A DNA stretch of 63,707 nt, counting the filler, from Octopus bimaculoides (lineage: Eukaryota): the NCBI RefSeq assembly GCF_001194135.2. It is 4 parts of 4 records of this genome, joined end to end, with 100 filler letters (N's around TTAATTAATTAA, not from the genome) between each part and the next. Parts side by side here need not be neighbours in the genome. Positions count along the whole stretch, not along the records: positions 1 to 23,336 come from NC_069010.1; 3 more parts are not named here. One strand, given 5' to 3'. The position numbers and the translations under genes were made by a program. Below the pieces are notes generated by a model that was given only the letters and a program-made list of their open reading frames with translations, was not told the origin of the DNA and made no database searches. This document shows positions 11,504-22,895 of this stretch, piece by piece; position 1 is the first letter of the stretch, and each line of letters opens with the position of its first letter.

Positions 11504-11925
11504 CTGTATGACGATGATGATGGGTAGGTTGGAGGGGGTAGTAGAAGAAATGTGGGATGATGGTGGTTGGGGTGGAGGGAAAAAACAATAATTTTGAAAT
11601 GTTAAACAATTATAATTTGATTTTATTTACCTACACACTCTCTCATTGACTCTCTCTCTCTCTCTCTCTCTCTTACAATCTATCTACTTTCTCTCTTTCT
11701 CCTTATCAACCTCTAGTTATATCTATTATATTATTTATTTATGCGGCCTTTTAAAGCCTAGCCAAGCTCATGGGCCCGGTTTCTATGGCGTATGTGTTCC
11801 CCCAGCTGGACGGGAAGAAAGAGTGAGAGAAAGTTGGCGGCGAAAGAGTACAACAGGGGTCGCCACCATCCCCTGCCAGAGCCTCATGGAGCTTTAGGTG
11901 TTTTCGCCATTGCGCCTCAACAGTT

Positions 11926-11986
<61 letters not shown>

Positions 11987-13092
11987 TACAAAGATATGCA
12001 CACGTGTGCACACACACCTACATACACTTATAATTCTTGCTCATATATATCTATCTAATTCCTGCCCAAGGGCTGAAACCTATGTCACTAACAATGTGCT
12101 GTATTAAAACCAAGTGAAGCAGGGTTTATTTAACAAGATACCCCTTGTAAAATCACCTGATGTGGTTTTGATTCCTGGACTGGGTGACACACTGTGTCCT
12201 TGAGCAAGACACTTCATTTCACACTGCTCCATCCAGTAGGGAGTATATAAGCCGAAGAATCCAGGAAACCAACATTAGGAGTCCATGGCTCAGGGATCAC
12301 TTCATCTGATCCTTTTGATGTATTTGATATACATGGATGTGTGTGTGTGTGTGTGTACGGTTCAGAAAAGATCTGATCAATTTGATATATACGGATGTGT
12401 GTGTGTGTGGTTGGGTGTGTGTGTNNNNNNNNNNNNNNNNNNNNNNNNNNNNNNNNNNNNNNNNNNNNNNNNNNNNNNNNNNNNNNNNNNNNNNNNNNNN
12501 NNNNNNNNNNNNNNNNNNNNNNNNNNNNNNNNNNNNNNNNNNNNNNNNNNNNNNNNNNNNNNNNNNNNNNNNNNNNNNNNNNNNNNNNNNNNNNNNNNNN
12601 NNNNNNNNNNNNNNNNNNNNNNNNNNNNNNNNNNNNNNNNNNNNNNNNNNNNNNNNNNNNNNNNNNNNGATGAAGGGGATGTTTCTATGTGGCCTGCTTG
12701 TTTGCTGCACCTTGTTTACCATTTTGTCCATGTTCTTTTGCCATGTCATGTACCCAGTTATGTATCTATATGTACATGTAGATGAACGTATATACATACA
12801 CGTACATATATATGCATATACTCATATATTGTTTATATATATATATATATATATACATACATATATGGAAATGTGTGTTTGTCTGTGTGTGTATGTTAGT
12901 GAGTGCACATGTATGTGTGTGTGTGTGTATGTTTGAATATACCAGACTGAAATGAGTCTTGATGTTGATTAACTAAAACCCTTGAAGGTTGTACTCCAGC
13001 ATGGCCACTGTCCAATGCCTGAGAAAAGTTTAAAAAAAATTTTTTTTTAAAAAGACAAATAAAAAGAAAACAAGGTGAAGCATATGACTTAC

Positions 13093-13164
13093 TGCTTGCT
13101 GGGCCAGGTGAGTGGTGAGGCGGCGCCAGTAATGGTCCATTGATTCCATGGGTGTCACACTTAA
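13093..13164 (-). CDS. C2CD3: C2CD3 exon
   Basis: 72 nt, tcaatcAG/GTaagt, phase 0-0; LSVTPMESMDHYWRRLTTHLAQQA continues GQVK (vertebrate GQIKVAVSPLES). Confidence 0.8.
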
Positions 13165-13613
13165 CTGATTGACCAACACAATGTCACAGGTAGATGGGCA
13201 GACAGTGGAGGGGGCGGTCAGGTGAGAAAAAGAGAGAAAAACAAGAATCAGGAAATCAATCAATCATTTACTTAAACAGATCAATATTTTCTACACAACT
13301 ATCGCAATAATTTCTTCTTTATTAAACCAACAAAGAAGGCCTCTACACAGTTGCTGAACTTGTTAAAAATAACACCCAATATTTCCTTAAACTGCATCCT
13401 GTCATCTTAATAAAAGACAGACGCATTTGCTAATACAGTTTGTAATATGCGGAAAGAGGGGGATGGTCACGGCTGGAATGTCTTCGATCTGATATCTGCT
13501 CAGTCAGAGCTAACTTGGACTTAAACAATAATCACAACACCACCAACATGTTAGATCAGTGGTTCCTAACCTGTGTTGGTCCGCAAATGTAGTACTGGGG
13601 GTCCGTGAACATG

Positions 13614-14135
13614 TTAACCCTTTCGTTACCATATTTATTTTGAGATGTGGCTGTTTCTGACAAAGAAATTTCGCTTTCATGTAAAACAACTATATTTTGT
13701 AGACATTATCCATAATCTACTCTCAAAACATTTCAGTAGCTCTACTTTTGCATTGCTTGCAAACTTATACGTTCTACGAATCATTAAAGTGCAACGACCT
13801 GCACAATAACCAGCTTTCAATTTGATTTTCCATTCCTAGGTTAATCAGAAACATATATTGCCGTGCTACTCATAAACCTTTCTTGGTAGTTCAATTATTT
13901 AGTGAAAAAAAATACCACCAAAGCAACTTAAACCATCAAAAGGATGGGTGCGTTTGCTGGTTTTAAATATAACAAAAAATTTATTAAAATAATTTAGTTA
14001 TCATTAAGCTAGTGTTAGGAACATAAATTGTGACTAAGGTTTGATGGAAGATTTTAATTCAGAACTTTTGAAAATAAGACATTTGTACTACAGAGCCAAA
14101 AGCAGTTTCAACCAGGTTTGTATCAAAAGGGTTAA
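13614..14135. mobile_element. piggyBac-like MITE (TTAA-flanked)
   Basis: ttaaccctttcgttacc ... tatcaaaagggttaa. Confidence 0.7.
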
Positions 14136-14151
14136 AAATATCATGGTGACT

Positions 14152-14381
14152 TTAACCCTTTTCTTAGCATATTTCTGTTGAGATGCTCTGTGTTTCTTTC
14201 AATTTATTTTAAATATAACAAACAATTTAGTAAAATAACTTAGTTATCATTAAGCTAGTGTTAGGAACATAAATTGTGACTAAGGTTTGGCGGAAGATTT
14301 TAATTCGGAACTTATAAAAACAAGACATTTGTACTACAGAGCCAAAAGCAGTTTCAGCAGGGTTGATAACGAAAGGGTTAA
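14152..14381. mobile_element. Shorter copy of the same piggyBac-like MITE
   Basis: ttaaccctttt ... gataacgaaagggttaa; internal sequence nearly repeats 13960-14135. Confidence 0.7.
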
Positions 14382-14602
14382 GGTATACCGTATGGTTACA
14401 TAATTAACAACCATACAGTATACTCAATGTCTTTATAATTAAGGACCATTCTGACGTTAGGACGGGCAGGTGTGGCTGTGTGGTTAAGAAGCTTGCCTTC
14501 TCAACTGAGTGGTTTTGGGTTCAATCTCAGTATTTGGCAATCAGGGTCAAGAGAGAGTAGGGGGGATTGGAAGTGAAAAGGGGTTCCTGAGGCTGTACTG
14601 AC

Positions 14603-14730
14603 CTTTACCTGTCCTCGACATTGACCACCAAAATCCATGATGTTGTACCAGCCACAGAGCTGGTGTAACCCGGAGACAAGAGGCACAAGGTCGACAGATA
14701 TGTACCCAATGACCTGGTCACATGATTTAC
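14603..14730 (-). CDS. C2CD3: C2CD3 exon (C2 domain)
   Basis: ttctttcAG/GTcagt, phase 1-0; QVIGYISVDLVPLVSGLHQLCGWYNIMDFGGQCRGQVK matches recalled [36 protein letters not shown]. Confidence 0.92.
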
Positions 14731-15027
14731 CTGAAAGAAGAGCCACAACACAGGAAGTACTGTCAATAGGTGAGAAATTACGCAAGAAACATGTAAATAA
14801 AAAAATGACAAAAACAAGAGGAAAAAATTCAAAAAAAGAAAAAAAGAAAAAATGCCCCCCAAATGAGAGAAATTCCTAAAGATTATTCATGGAAACCCTT
14901 AAAAACTATGGTCACCCTGACCCTTAACCCTTTAGCATACAGATTACTTTGTGAAATGCAATGCTTATTTCATCATCATCATCATCATCGTTTAACGTCC
15001 GCTTTCCATGCTAGCATGGGTTGGACT

Positions 15028-15620
15028 CACATTGTTAGTGCTTGTGAAAGTCTTGTGCAGAAAGAGTACAAGCAGAGACATGACAAAGTAGCCCAAAACC
15101 TTCACTGGCCACTATGCCAGAAGTATGGATACAAGGTAATGGGTGCTTGGTACCAACGTACACTGGAAAAGGTAATGGACGAAAAGGGGAAAGCAAAAGT
15201 CCTCCGGGACTTTGACTTCCAGACAAACAAGATGTTCGAGCACCGAAGGCTGGACATAGTAACCGTTAGGAGGGACAAACAAGAAATCCTAATAATTGAA
15301 GTGGCAGTGCCGGGAGATCAAGATGTCATCATGAAAGAAAGAGAAAAGGTTGATAAATATGGAGACCTGAGAATCGAGACTGATAAGATGTGGCAGCTAC
15401 GAGAGTCAAACATAAAGGTTGTCCCTATTGTCATCAAAGCATTGGGTTCAATACCACCCTAGATAAAGAAGCATCTGGAAACTTTAGAAACACCCTACAA
15501 TGTAGTTGTATTGGAAAAGTCAGCATTGCTTGGGACTGCACAAATACTGCCTAAAGTACTGTCTGTCTGAGGTCCTTGTTGTGACTTGACAGACAGTACG
15601 AGGCCCTGGTAGACACAATA
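15028..15620 (+). mobile_element. 5'-truncated R4/Dong-like LINE (restriction-like endonuclease clade) fragment
   Basis: HIVSAC...KEYKQRHDKVAQNLHWPLC...RRLDIV...IIEVAVP...EREKVDKY: zinc-knuckle end plus PD-(D/E)xK-type endonuclease; premature TAG at 15460-15462. Confidence 0.8.
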
Positions 15621-15743
15621 TCTTTAATCAACAACATCACAATATTGGATACTGTGCAACGTCTTAAATAATAATAATAATGATGACGATGATGACGACG
15701 ACGATGATGATGACGATGATGACTGAGAAGAATTGTTTCTTAC

Positions 15744-15795
15744 TGATATCTTTGGAAGAATTCTCTGGTTTATGCCAAACTTTGAAGACCAAGTT
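15744..15795 (-). CDS. C2CD3: C2CD3 exon
   Basis: 52 nt, ttatttcAG/GTaaga, phase 0-1; NLVFKVWHKPENSSKDI. Confidence 0.9.
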
Positions 15796-17148
15796 CTGAA
15801 ATAATAAAAAAAAAAAAAGAAAGGAAATAAGAAACAACTAGTAATATTGTCTGCTTCTGATATTAGTCCCCTGCAACCCCAGGACCACAGACTCGTGGTC
15901 AAATTGATGGCAACTCAACAGGTCCCTTCCCTTCAACTCAATTTCCTGGGTGAGGCAAGGGAATGGGGACGTCCAACAGGATCTTTTTGTCCTTTATTTG
16001 CTTCAATCATTGGACTGTGGCCAAGCTGGAGGACTGCCTTGAAAGGTTTTAGTCAAACAAATTGACCCTAGTGCAAAATGAGCCCCTTAACCACATGACC
16101 AAGTCAGCTTCTATGATTTTCTTTATTTTTTTTTCTATATTTTTACTCTGGTTTGTTTTTTTGTTAATCTTCCTGGTGAAGTGTGCCACTATCTGTCTGT
16201 CCAGTCTGTCTGATCCCCACTGTGCCACAAAGAGAAAAAGATAGTACCACAGATCTAGGCCACCAGTGCCACCTACATATGACAGAAGTGGTCACAATGG
16301 GTGTTGGGTAGCAGTTGTTGGTTAATGTTTGTCAGGAGGGCCACAGTCCACTGTCTAACAAAAAGAAAGAAAAAAAAAGTATGTCACTAAGACTTCTTGT
16401 TTTTGAATGAAAATAGTTTACTAATAATGGTCTTTTTGCATGAATTTGAACCACCGATGTTTTGAATTAAGCATTCTTGAACTGTTATTGCACTGCAAAT
16501 CAAAAACTATACAAAAAAAAACCCAACACAAACAATGGGGTTGATGTAATCGACTTATCGTATCCCCCGAAATTGCTGGCCTGGTGCCCAAAGTAGAAAC
16601 CAATTTAGAAATAGGAGTTGAGATGCTCTCTCAGCATTTTTATTGGGTTGTCCTGAATGTTCATGCCGATTTATAGTAGCTTACCTTTCAACAGGTATTT
16701 ATTTTACAGAACCCCAAAAGGACAAAAGGCAAAGTCGACCTCAGCAGAATTTGAATTCAAAACATAAAGATGGACGAAATGTCGCTAAGTATTTTGCCCA
16801 GTGTGCCAATGATTTTGTCAGCTCACAGCTTTACTCATCTTTGTAAATTGCTGTGTTGCTCATGGAGTTTTGTGTATTACTACTTGACTCATTTCTCAGT
16901 GCTAAGAGCTAAGAGCCCTGCTTTTACAGCAAGATACAGCACTTTTTAACCCTAGATCAGTGCACACCAAACAGATATATAATCAAAGGACATCCAAGCA
17001 TGACATTCATGTCTTCTTAAACATCTAGGACTACACTCTTAACTGTGCCCTTGCTTCAGTAAGATCACAGACTGGTGCAAGTTGAACGGATCTGCAAGTC
17101 AGGCAACAACATAAAAGACAGGAGCTGTGAACCGATCGGTCATCTTAC

Positions 17149-17305
17149 CTTGTTTTCTTCATAGAGCAGGCGAGAGGTGAGCAGGGTGTCGACATCAAAG
17201 TCCCACACTGGACAGTCAGCATTGTAGAAAACAGAGGTGGACACTGTCCGGTTTTTGTAGCCACTTTGAAAGGAGACGTATGTGTTGGGCTTACAGATCT
17301 TGCCA
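17149..17305 (-). CDS. C2CD3: C2CD3 exon (C2 domain)
   Basis: tattttcAG/GTaaga, phase 2-0; KPNTYVSFQ...STSVFYNADCPVWDFDVDTLLTSRLLYEENK. Confidence 0.9.
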
Positions 17306-17399
17306 CTGAAAATACATTCATTTAGAGATAGTGAAAGACATTGTGATAGAGTTAACATTGTGATCATCATCATATCATCATATCATCATCATCATCATC

Positions 17400-17535
17400 A
17401 TACGAAATCTATTCACAAGGCTTTGGTCAGCTTGATGCTATAGTAGAAGACATATGGCCAAGGTACCATGCAGTGGGACTGAACCCAAAACCACATCATT
17501 GGGAAGCAAATGTCTTAACCACACAGCCACACTTG
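17400..17535 (-). mobile_element. SINE family A head, diverged
   Basis: cacaaggctttggtc...gctatagtagaagac...gtgggactgaaccc...accacacagccac. Confidence 0.7.
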
Positions 17536-17598
17536 CGAAAAACAAAATTATGAAATTGAGGGAAAAACTGATGTCTAATGGTGGTCTGCATGTATTAC

Positions 17599-17837
17599 CT
17601 GCTTTTGTTGGTTACATGTTTCAAATGCATGGCCTTCTCAATTGATATGTGGGCCTCAAAGACTTCTAGGATATTCTGGTAGTTTTTGCGGGGGTGGCCA
17701 CAATGGTGATCAGTGCTGATCTTCTCTGTAGGAATGTCATTCCAGTCTGAATCATCAGAGTCACTCTTGGAGTCAACAGCCATATTGGTAGATGTCTTCT
17801 TTGTTGGTAAGTGGTGTTTTGTGCTGGGCAGCAAGTC
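17599..17837 (-). CDS. C2CD3: C2CD3 exon
   Basis: ctgaAG/GTaata, phase 0-2; contains AHISIEKAMHL (vertebrate VERAMHL). Confidence 0.85.
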
Positions 17838-17892
17838 CTTCAGGTTAGGCCAAAATTTGGAGGGAAGACAAAAAGAAAAAAAAGGAAGTAGA

Positions 17893-18318
17893 TTAACTTT
17901 TTAGCATTTAGAATACTCTGTCAAATGTAAAGCTTATTTATTCACATTGTTTTGAATTGACCATGTATTATCTCAAAGCTTTGAGATTTTGATGAAATAA
18001 TTGGTTTGTTTTTAGAATGACATTACAGGACAAATCTGGTCAGCTGGAATACAAATCAGGTGGAATATTTGGGGCCCAGATATGGCTGATTTAAATGCTA
18101 AAGGGTTAACACTTTAGCATTCAGTTTATTCTGTCCAATGTAATGCTTATTAATTCATATTATTTTAAATTAATCATCCATTATTTCATAGCTTTGAGAT
18201 TTTGATAACGTGACTGGTTATTTTTAGAATGACATTGTAGGACAAACCTGGTCAGTTTGAACATAAAACAGGTAGAATATTTTGACCAGATACGGATGGT
18301 TTAAATACTAAGGGTTAA
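17893..18318. mobile_element. Two tandem TTAA-flanked MITEs (about 215 nt each) sharing one TTAA
   Basis: ttaac(ttt)ttagcat...atgctaaagggTTAAcactttagcat...tactaagggttaa; TTAA at 17893, 18106 and 18315. Confidence 0.7.
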
Positions 18319-18545
18319 TTCAGATCTCTGGCTCAGATGGTTACAAGCTATGTAACCCATCGCTAGACTGTTATGGAAAATTGGGACATCTGACGTGGAA
18401 GAGCTGTAATTGGCAGAGCAAGTCGCCCGACAGGATAGGACAGATACAATATGGAAAATGAAATAATAAAAATACATGGCAGCTGTGCCCCAGCATGGCC
18501 ACTGCAAAATGTATTGAAATCAATGAAAGAGTGTATTTGAATTAC

Positions 18546-18627
18546 CTGTAATTGGAGTGTGATGTGACATCGGAGAAACATACCACGTAAATTGGCAGCT
18601 CGGGCATTGAAGATGGGATAAAGACCA
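18546..18627 (-). CDS. C2CD3: C2CD3 exon
   Basis: caattccAG/GTaatt, phase 2-0; (S)GLYPIFNARAANLRGMFLRCHITLQLQ matches recalled [23 protein letters not shown]. Confidence 0.9.
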
Positions 18628-19020
18628 CTGGAATTGAACCGGAAACAGAAGGAAAATGAACAACAAAATTTATATATTTATTTAAAGGACCCATGTAAAT
18701 TCCACAGAATGGAAAAAAATTAAGAGAACCCATTTAAGAAAGAAAGGCTGATTTGCATTTTTATAGCGTTCTTAGTTTAGAATTCTTTAAACATTCATTT
18801 CCTCGCATCTCCATCGCTGTTGTCTTTTACCTGTTTTTATTATATTTTATCGATGTTCCTCTCTGATCCATACTCTATATCTGCACATCTTTTCTCGAGC
18901 AGCTTGTAATTGGGTTTCATGTGAATCCAGAGTTTAGGCTGAATTAACCCTTATAATTGCACTTTCGCATATTCAATGGTTACTATAAAAAAAAATAGTT
19001 CAATAAAAAAAATAATACAT

Positions 19021-19183
19021 AGGCGTAGGAGTGGCTGTGTGGTAAGTAGTTTGCTTACCAGCCACATGGTTCCGGGTTCAGTCCCACTGCGTGGCACCTT
19101 GGGCAAGTGTCTTCTACTATAGCCTCGGGCCGACCAAAGCCTTGTGAGTGGATTTGGTAGACGGAAACTGAAAGAAGCCCGTC

Positions 19184-19231
<48 letters not shown>

Positions 19232-19438
19232 ATGTGTTTGTGTGTCTGTGTTTGTCCCCCCAACATCGCTTGACAACCGATGCTGGTGTGTTTACGTCCC
19301 CATAACTTAGCGGTTCAGCAAAAGAGACCGATAGAATAAGTACTAGGCTTCCAAAGAATAAGTCCTGGGGTCGATTTGCTCGACTAAAGGCGGTGCTCCA
19401 GCATGGCCGCAGTCAAAAGACTGAAACAAGTAAAAGAG
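19021..19438 (+). mobile_element. SINE family A, full length
   Basis: Head, microsatellite and tail all present. Confidence 0.9.
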
Positions 19439-19591
19439 AATACTTTTCACTATCAAAACACCACCACCACTGCTATCTGCTTCTCTCTCTCTCTCTCTCA
19501 ATATAAATATATATACACAATTGATTAGATCAGAAGTTGAGGCCTGAAAGCCCACCTCAAATCCTTATATCAGATACCAGAGTTAACATAC

Positions 19592-19795
19592 CTGATTCGA
19601 TAAACGTTCTTCTTCTGTCCACAACACAGCTCCCGCAGTGGGATCCAGACAGAGCCAATCAATTTATCCTTTGGTTTCCTTCGGTTACTGATAGTCTTCT
19701 CTAAACTGTCCCCGTCACCGATGTTAATCCTGGGAATGGCACTGGCCCCAACAGAAAACCAGACTTTGATTTCAAGTTTTTCTTCTTTTAAAAAC
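19592..19795 (-). CDS. C2CD3: C2CD3 exon (C2 domain)
   Basis: ttttgaaAG/GTatgt, phase 2-2; FLKEEKLEIKVW...DKLIGSVWIPLREL. Confidence 0.9.
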
Positions 19796-19820
19796 CTTTC
19801 AAAATAGTGATAAAGAAAAA

Positions 19821-20610
19821 CAGGGTACGGTGAATAAACTGTCGTCTAAATTACGCAAAAATGAAAATAACACTGACATCTCGTTTTAACAGATATATTT
19901 ACCAAAATTACATAAAAATATCTTGAAATACTAAAGAGTAAATTTATTCAATGAAATCGCCATTGGCTTCAACCACAGCCTCCAGACGACTTCGGAATCT
20001 CCTGCAACTCTTCAGGATGGTCTCCTGTTTTAAGTTGGTGAATGCTGCCATAATCCTTGCCTGCAGTTCATCTTTGGTGTTACTAGGAGTTTTGTTGGTC
20101 TCTCACCCCACACATAACAATCAAGGGGATTGCAGTCTGGGGAGTTAGGTGGCCAGATATTAAGGGTAATGTGGTCGCAGAAATTGTCTGACTGGGTTCT
20201 CCTGCTTGTGTGGCATGGTGCAGAGTCCTGTTACCAGACATAGGGTCTTCCAGCAGCCACTCTCTTGACCCAGGGCAGCACTACCTGCTCCAGGCACTTG
20301 GTGTAGGCCCCCATGTTGAGTGTGAGGCCATGTGGGAAGATGAATGGAGGCGTTATGCTGCTATCACTAGAGATCACTCCAAACACCATGATGTTGACTG
20401 GATGGTTGATTTTTATCACACTCAATATATGTCTTCAGACTGACACCCAAACATTCTGAAATGTTTGTATTGGAGCTTCCAGCGTGAATGCCAAGCAGTA
20501 CATCATGTCGTTTACAAATTTTTGGCAGAGTGAATTGCGTCATGGTGCTGTTTTTCTTACATCGAATTTAGCCCAAACATCTTTAATAAATCCCCGTCTC
20601 TCCATCAACC
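19821..20610 (-). mobile_element. Decayed Tc1/mariner-superfamily (maT-like) transposon with one terminal repeat
   Basis: HPVNIMVFGVISS...YVW*QDSAPCH...WPPNSPDCNPLDCYVWGAVE; the same 3' end recurs at 29490-29651; D-D spacing is 34 in this copy although the motifs resemble maT/DD37D. Confidence 0.8.
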
Positions 20611-20613
20611 CTG

Positions 20614-20693
<80 letters not shown>

Positions 20694-20732
20694 CAATAAA
20701 TAAATAAAAATATAAATGAAAGCAATTTGTAC

Positions 20733-20844
20733 CAGAGTAATGGTGATGATAAGTCAACAAGGAAACTGTTCTGATGCCCAGCTTTCATTGAGACAAAATC
20801 TTCTCCATATGCTTTGATTGGGATTGCATCAGATGTAAAGGGAC
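20733..20844 (-). CDS. C2CD3: C2CD3 exon
   Basis: ctattacAG/GTacaa, phase 1-2; ...HQNSFLVDLSSPLLW joins FLKEEKLEIKVW (vertebrate LLWYFREERLEIQVW). Confidence 0.85.
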
Positions 20845-21124
20845 CTGTAATAGAGAAAATAAGAGATGCAGAGCTCCATCTGTTGCCAGTTTTCGATGCT
20901 TCCATTTTCCCATGCTGCCAGCATGGATCAAACAGAATTTATTTGGCCCAATTTTCTATGGCTGAATGCACTTTCCTGCCACTAGCCCTCATCTGTTTCA
21001 AAGTAAGGTGATATTTTTCCTATAGTTAGACATGTTTCTCATGAGGACTGGAAGCAAACAACATTGCTTATATGCCAATGATGCTCATTTATAACCATCG
21101 TGTAACATCTATACAAGGTTACTA

Positions 21125-21335
21125 CATCATCATCATTTAACGTCCGTTTTCCATGCTGGCATGGGTTTGGACGGTTTGACCGAGGTCCGGAGAGCCAGCA
21201 GCAGCAGCACCAGGCTCCAATCTGACCTGGCAGAGTTTCTACAGCTGGATGCCCCTCCTAACGCCAACCACTCCAAGAGTGTAGTGGGTGCTTTTTACAT
21301 GCCACCAGCACAGGAGCCAGTCAGGCGGGCCTGGC
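21125..21335 (-). mobile_element. SINE family B
   Basis: Reverse complement of 5550-5797, including the (GAT)n tail. Confidence 0.8.
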
Positions 21336-21703
21336 ATCAATCCAAACCCTAACCCTAACCGTAAACCCTTCAAAATAAATCGCGCTCTCTGTATCTCTTT
21401 CGCTTTTACGACGTCGTTTCCCTGTTTCTCTCCAACACTTTTTATGGAAAAGGCCGATATTTAGGACTCGTACTGTAAGGTCACCAAAGAGTCATTATGA
21501 CTAGCTTCAAATATGAATAACAGAGTTGAGGGTCATGGGATCCCGTGCAAGAAGCAGGACCAGATAAATGGATGAATGTTCAACTAAACCTTTCAAGGTG
21601 GTGCCCCAGCATGGACAGAGTCCAATGACTGAAACAAGAGAAAACAAAAAGAGACAAAACAGAAAAAGAAAGAAAACTAAATGAAGGCCCAACAATAGCT
21701 CAC

Positions 21704-21844
21704 CTTTATCGTAGAAAGTGTATTTCAAATACGTGAAGCTCTCCCTGTTAATGGTCGTTTGTCCAGGGAAGAGGCAGTTGGGAACAGCCAGCCTCATGTC
21801 ATCAGCATTGATGGTCACCTGGAGAGCTCTGTCATTTGTAAGGT
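21704..21844 (-). CDS. C2CD3: C2CD3 exon
   Basis: ctctaacAG/GTgagc, phase 1-1; ...FTYLKYTFYDK (vertebrate YCYLRYKFYD). Confidence 0.88.
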
Positions 21845-21980
21845 CTGTTAGAGAAGAGAGGGAGAGGAAAAAACAATCAGAGGTGGTAGTGGTAGTGACA
21901 GTGGTGATGGTTTTGTTTGTTTTATTGTCACTACTTAGAATTTCAATGAAGTGGGGAAAATGGAATTGGAAATAAAAGTA

Positions 21981-22011
21981 CCTGGGTTCTCATTCCTAAG
22001 GTATTTTTTGA

Positions 22012-22067
<56 letters not shown>

Positions 22068-22164
22068 TCACTGCCTGGAATCGAACTTGAAATCTTGGAG
22101 TTAGTAGCCCGCGCTCTTAACCCCAAGATTCCGAGTTCGATTCCAGGTAGTGACCTGAATAATA

Positions 22165-22209
<45 letters not shown>

Positions 22210-22340
22210 GCAAAAAATACCTTAAGAATGAGAACCCAGGTTCGAAATCTCCCCAAGACACCTGATTAAGGCTGGAGGGTATATCAGCCGAAACGTTGTG
22301 TTAACAACAAACAAGATGAGGACAAATATCCATCAAATGT
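21981..22340. mobile_element. Family D module: head-to-head fused tRNA-like heads, (AAT)n, and a hammerhead-like 3' part
   Basis: 21981-22240 is an imperfect palindrome; its right arm continues into sequence matching 57360-57510 (reverse). Confidence 0.75.
22258..22302 (+). ncRNA. Degenerate minimal type I hammerhead ribozyme motif
   Basis: acac-CUGAUUA-a-ggcug/cagcc-GAAACGUU-gugu; G8 replaced by U. Confidence 0.55.
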
Positions 22341-22581
22341 CCCATGCATGTCAGCCTCCACTCTTCATGCCACTAATGTTATCCAAGGGAAAGGCAAAGG
22401 CCATGATACAGCTTGGCACCAGTGATGTCGCAACTCATTTCTACAGCTGAGTGGAACTGGAGCAACATGAAAAACAGAGTGTCTTGCTCAAGAACAGAAC
22501 ACTCAGCTCGATCCAGGAATCAAACTCACTACCTCATGGTTGTGAGCCCGACGCTCTAACCCCTGAGCCATGTGCATTCAC
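22340..22581 (-). mobile_element. tRNA-derived SINE (CORE/V-like central domain)
   Basis: Minus strand catggctcaggggttagagcg...gagtttgattcc...ttcttgagcaagacact...gctccagttccactcagctg; related pieces at 7330-7430 and 12165-12235. Confidence 0.65.
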
Positions 22582-22673
22582 TGAGGTGGATGGTTAAACT
22601 AGAGTGACCCAATCCAGACCAAACCAATCTTAGTCAAGACCAAAAAACACAACATGACCGATTCCAAACTTAC

Positions 22674-22895
22674 CACCAAAATTGTCGTTCAGGGCATATC
22701 TGTCCGGCAAAGTCCAGTTGTGCGTCTCAGCAATCCGGACGACACGATCGAGGTCGTTGGCCTGAGAGAACTTGACGCTCACCTCAACGCCACCTACGAC
22801 ACGCTCCAGCTGACCTGCTGATGATGTCTGGACTGTGACCAGGCGTGAAGTGTCCTCCACGACTGGCTTGTTGACCGGGAACCAACCGTTGATAC
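22674..22895 (-). CDS. C2CD3: C2CD3 exon (most 5' exon found)
   Basis: tccctcAG/GTaagt, phase 1-1; GINGWFPV...VGGVEVSVKFSQANDLDRVVRIAETHNW matches recalled GITGWYPV...VGGLELSISF...DRERVLEAA..LGW. Confidence 0.88.

Noticed and set aside
12669-12765. Protein-like frame YITGYMTWQKNMDKMVNKVQQTSRPH as an extra C2CD3 exon
   Set aside because: Its acceptor gives phase 2 while the upstream exon ends in phase 0; exons 13093 and 11503 already join in frame; the 3' end is hidden in a gap
18361-18404. Acceptor-like ccaattacAG between two C2CD3 exons
   Set aside because: The required phase-0 frame hits TAA and there is no good donor
21343-21367. Telomere-like (CCCTAA) repeats
   Set aside because: Only two to three imperfect units; (TTAGGA)n near 5975 is equally short
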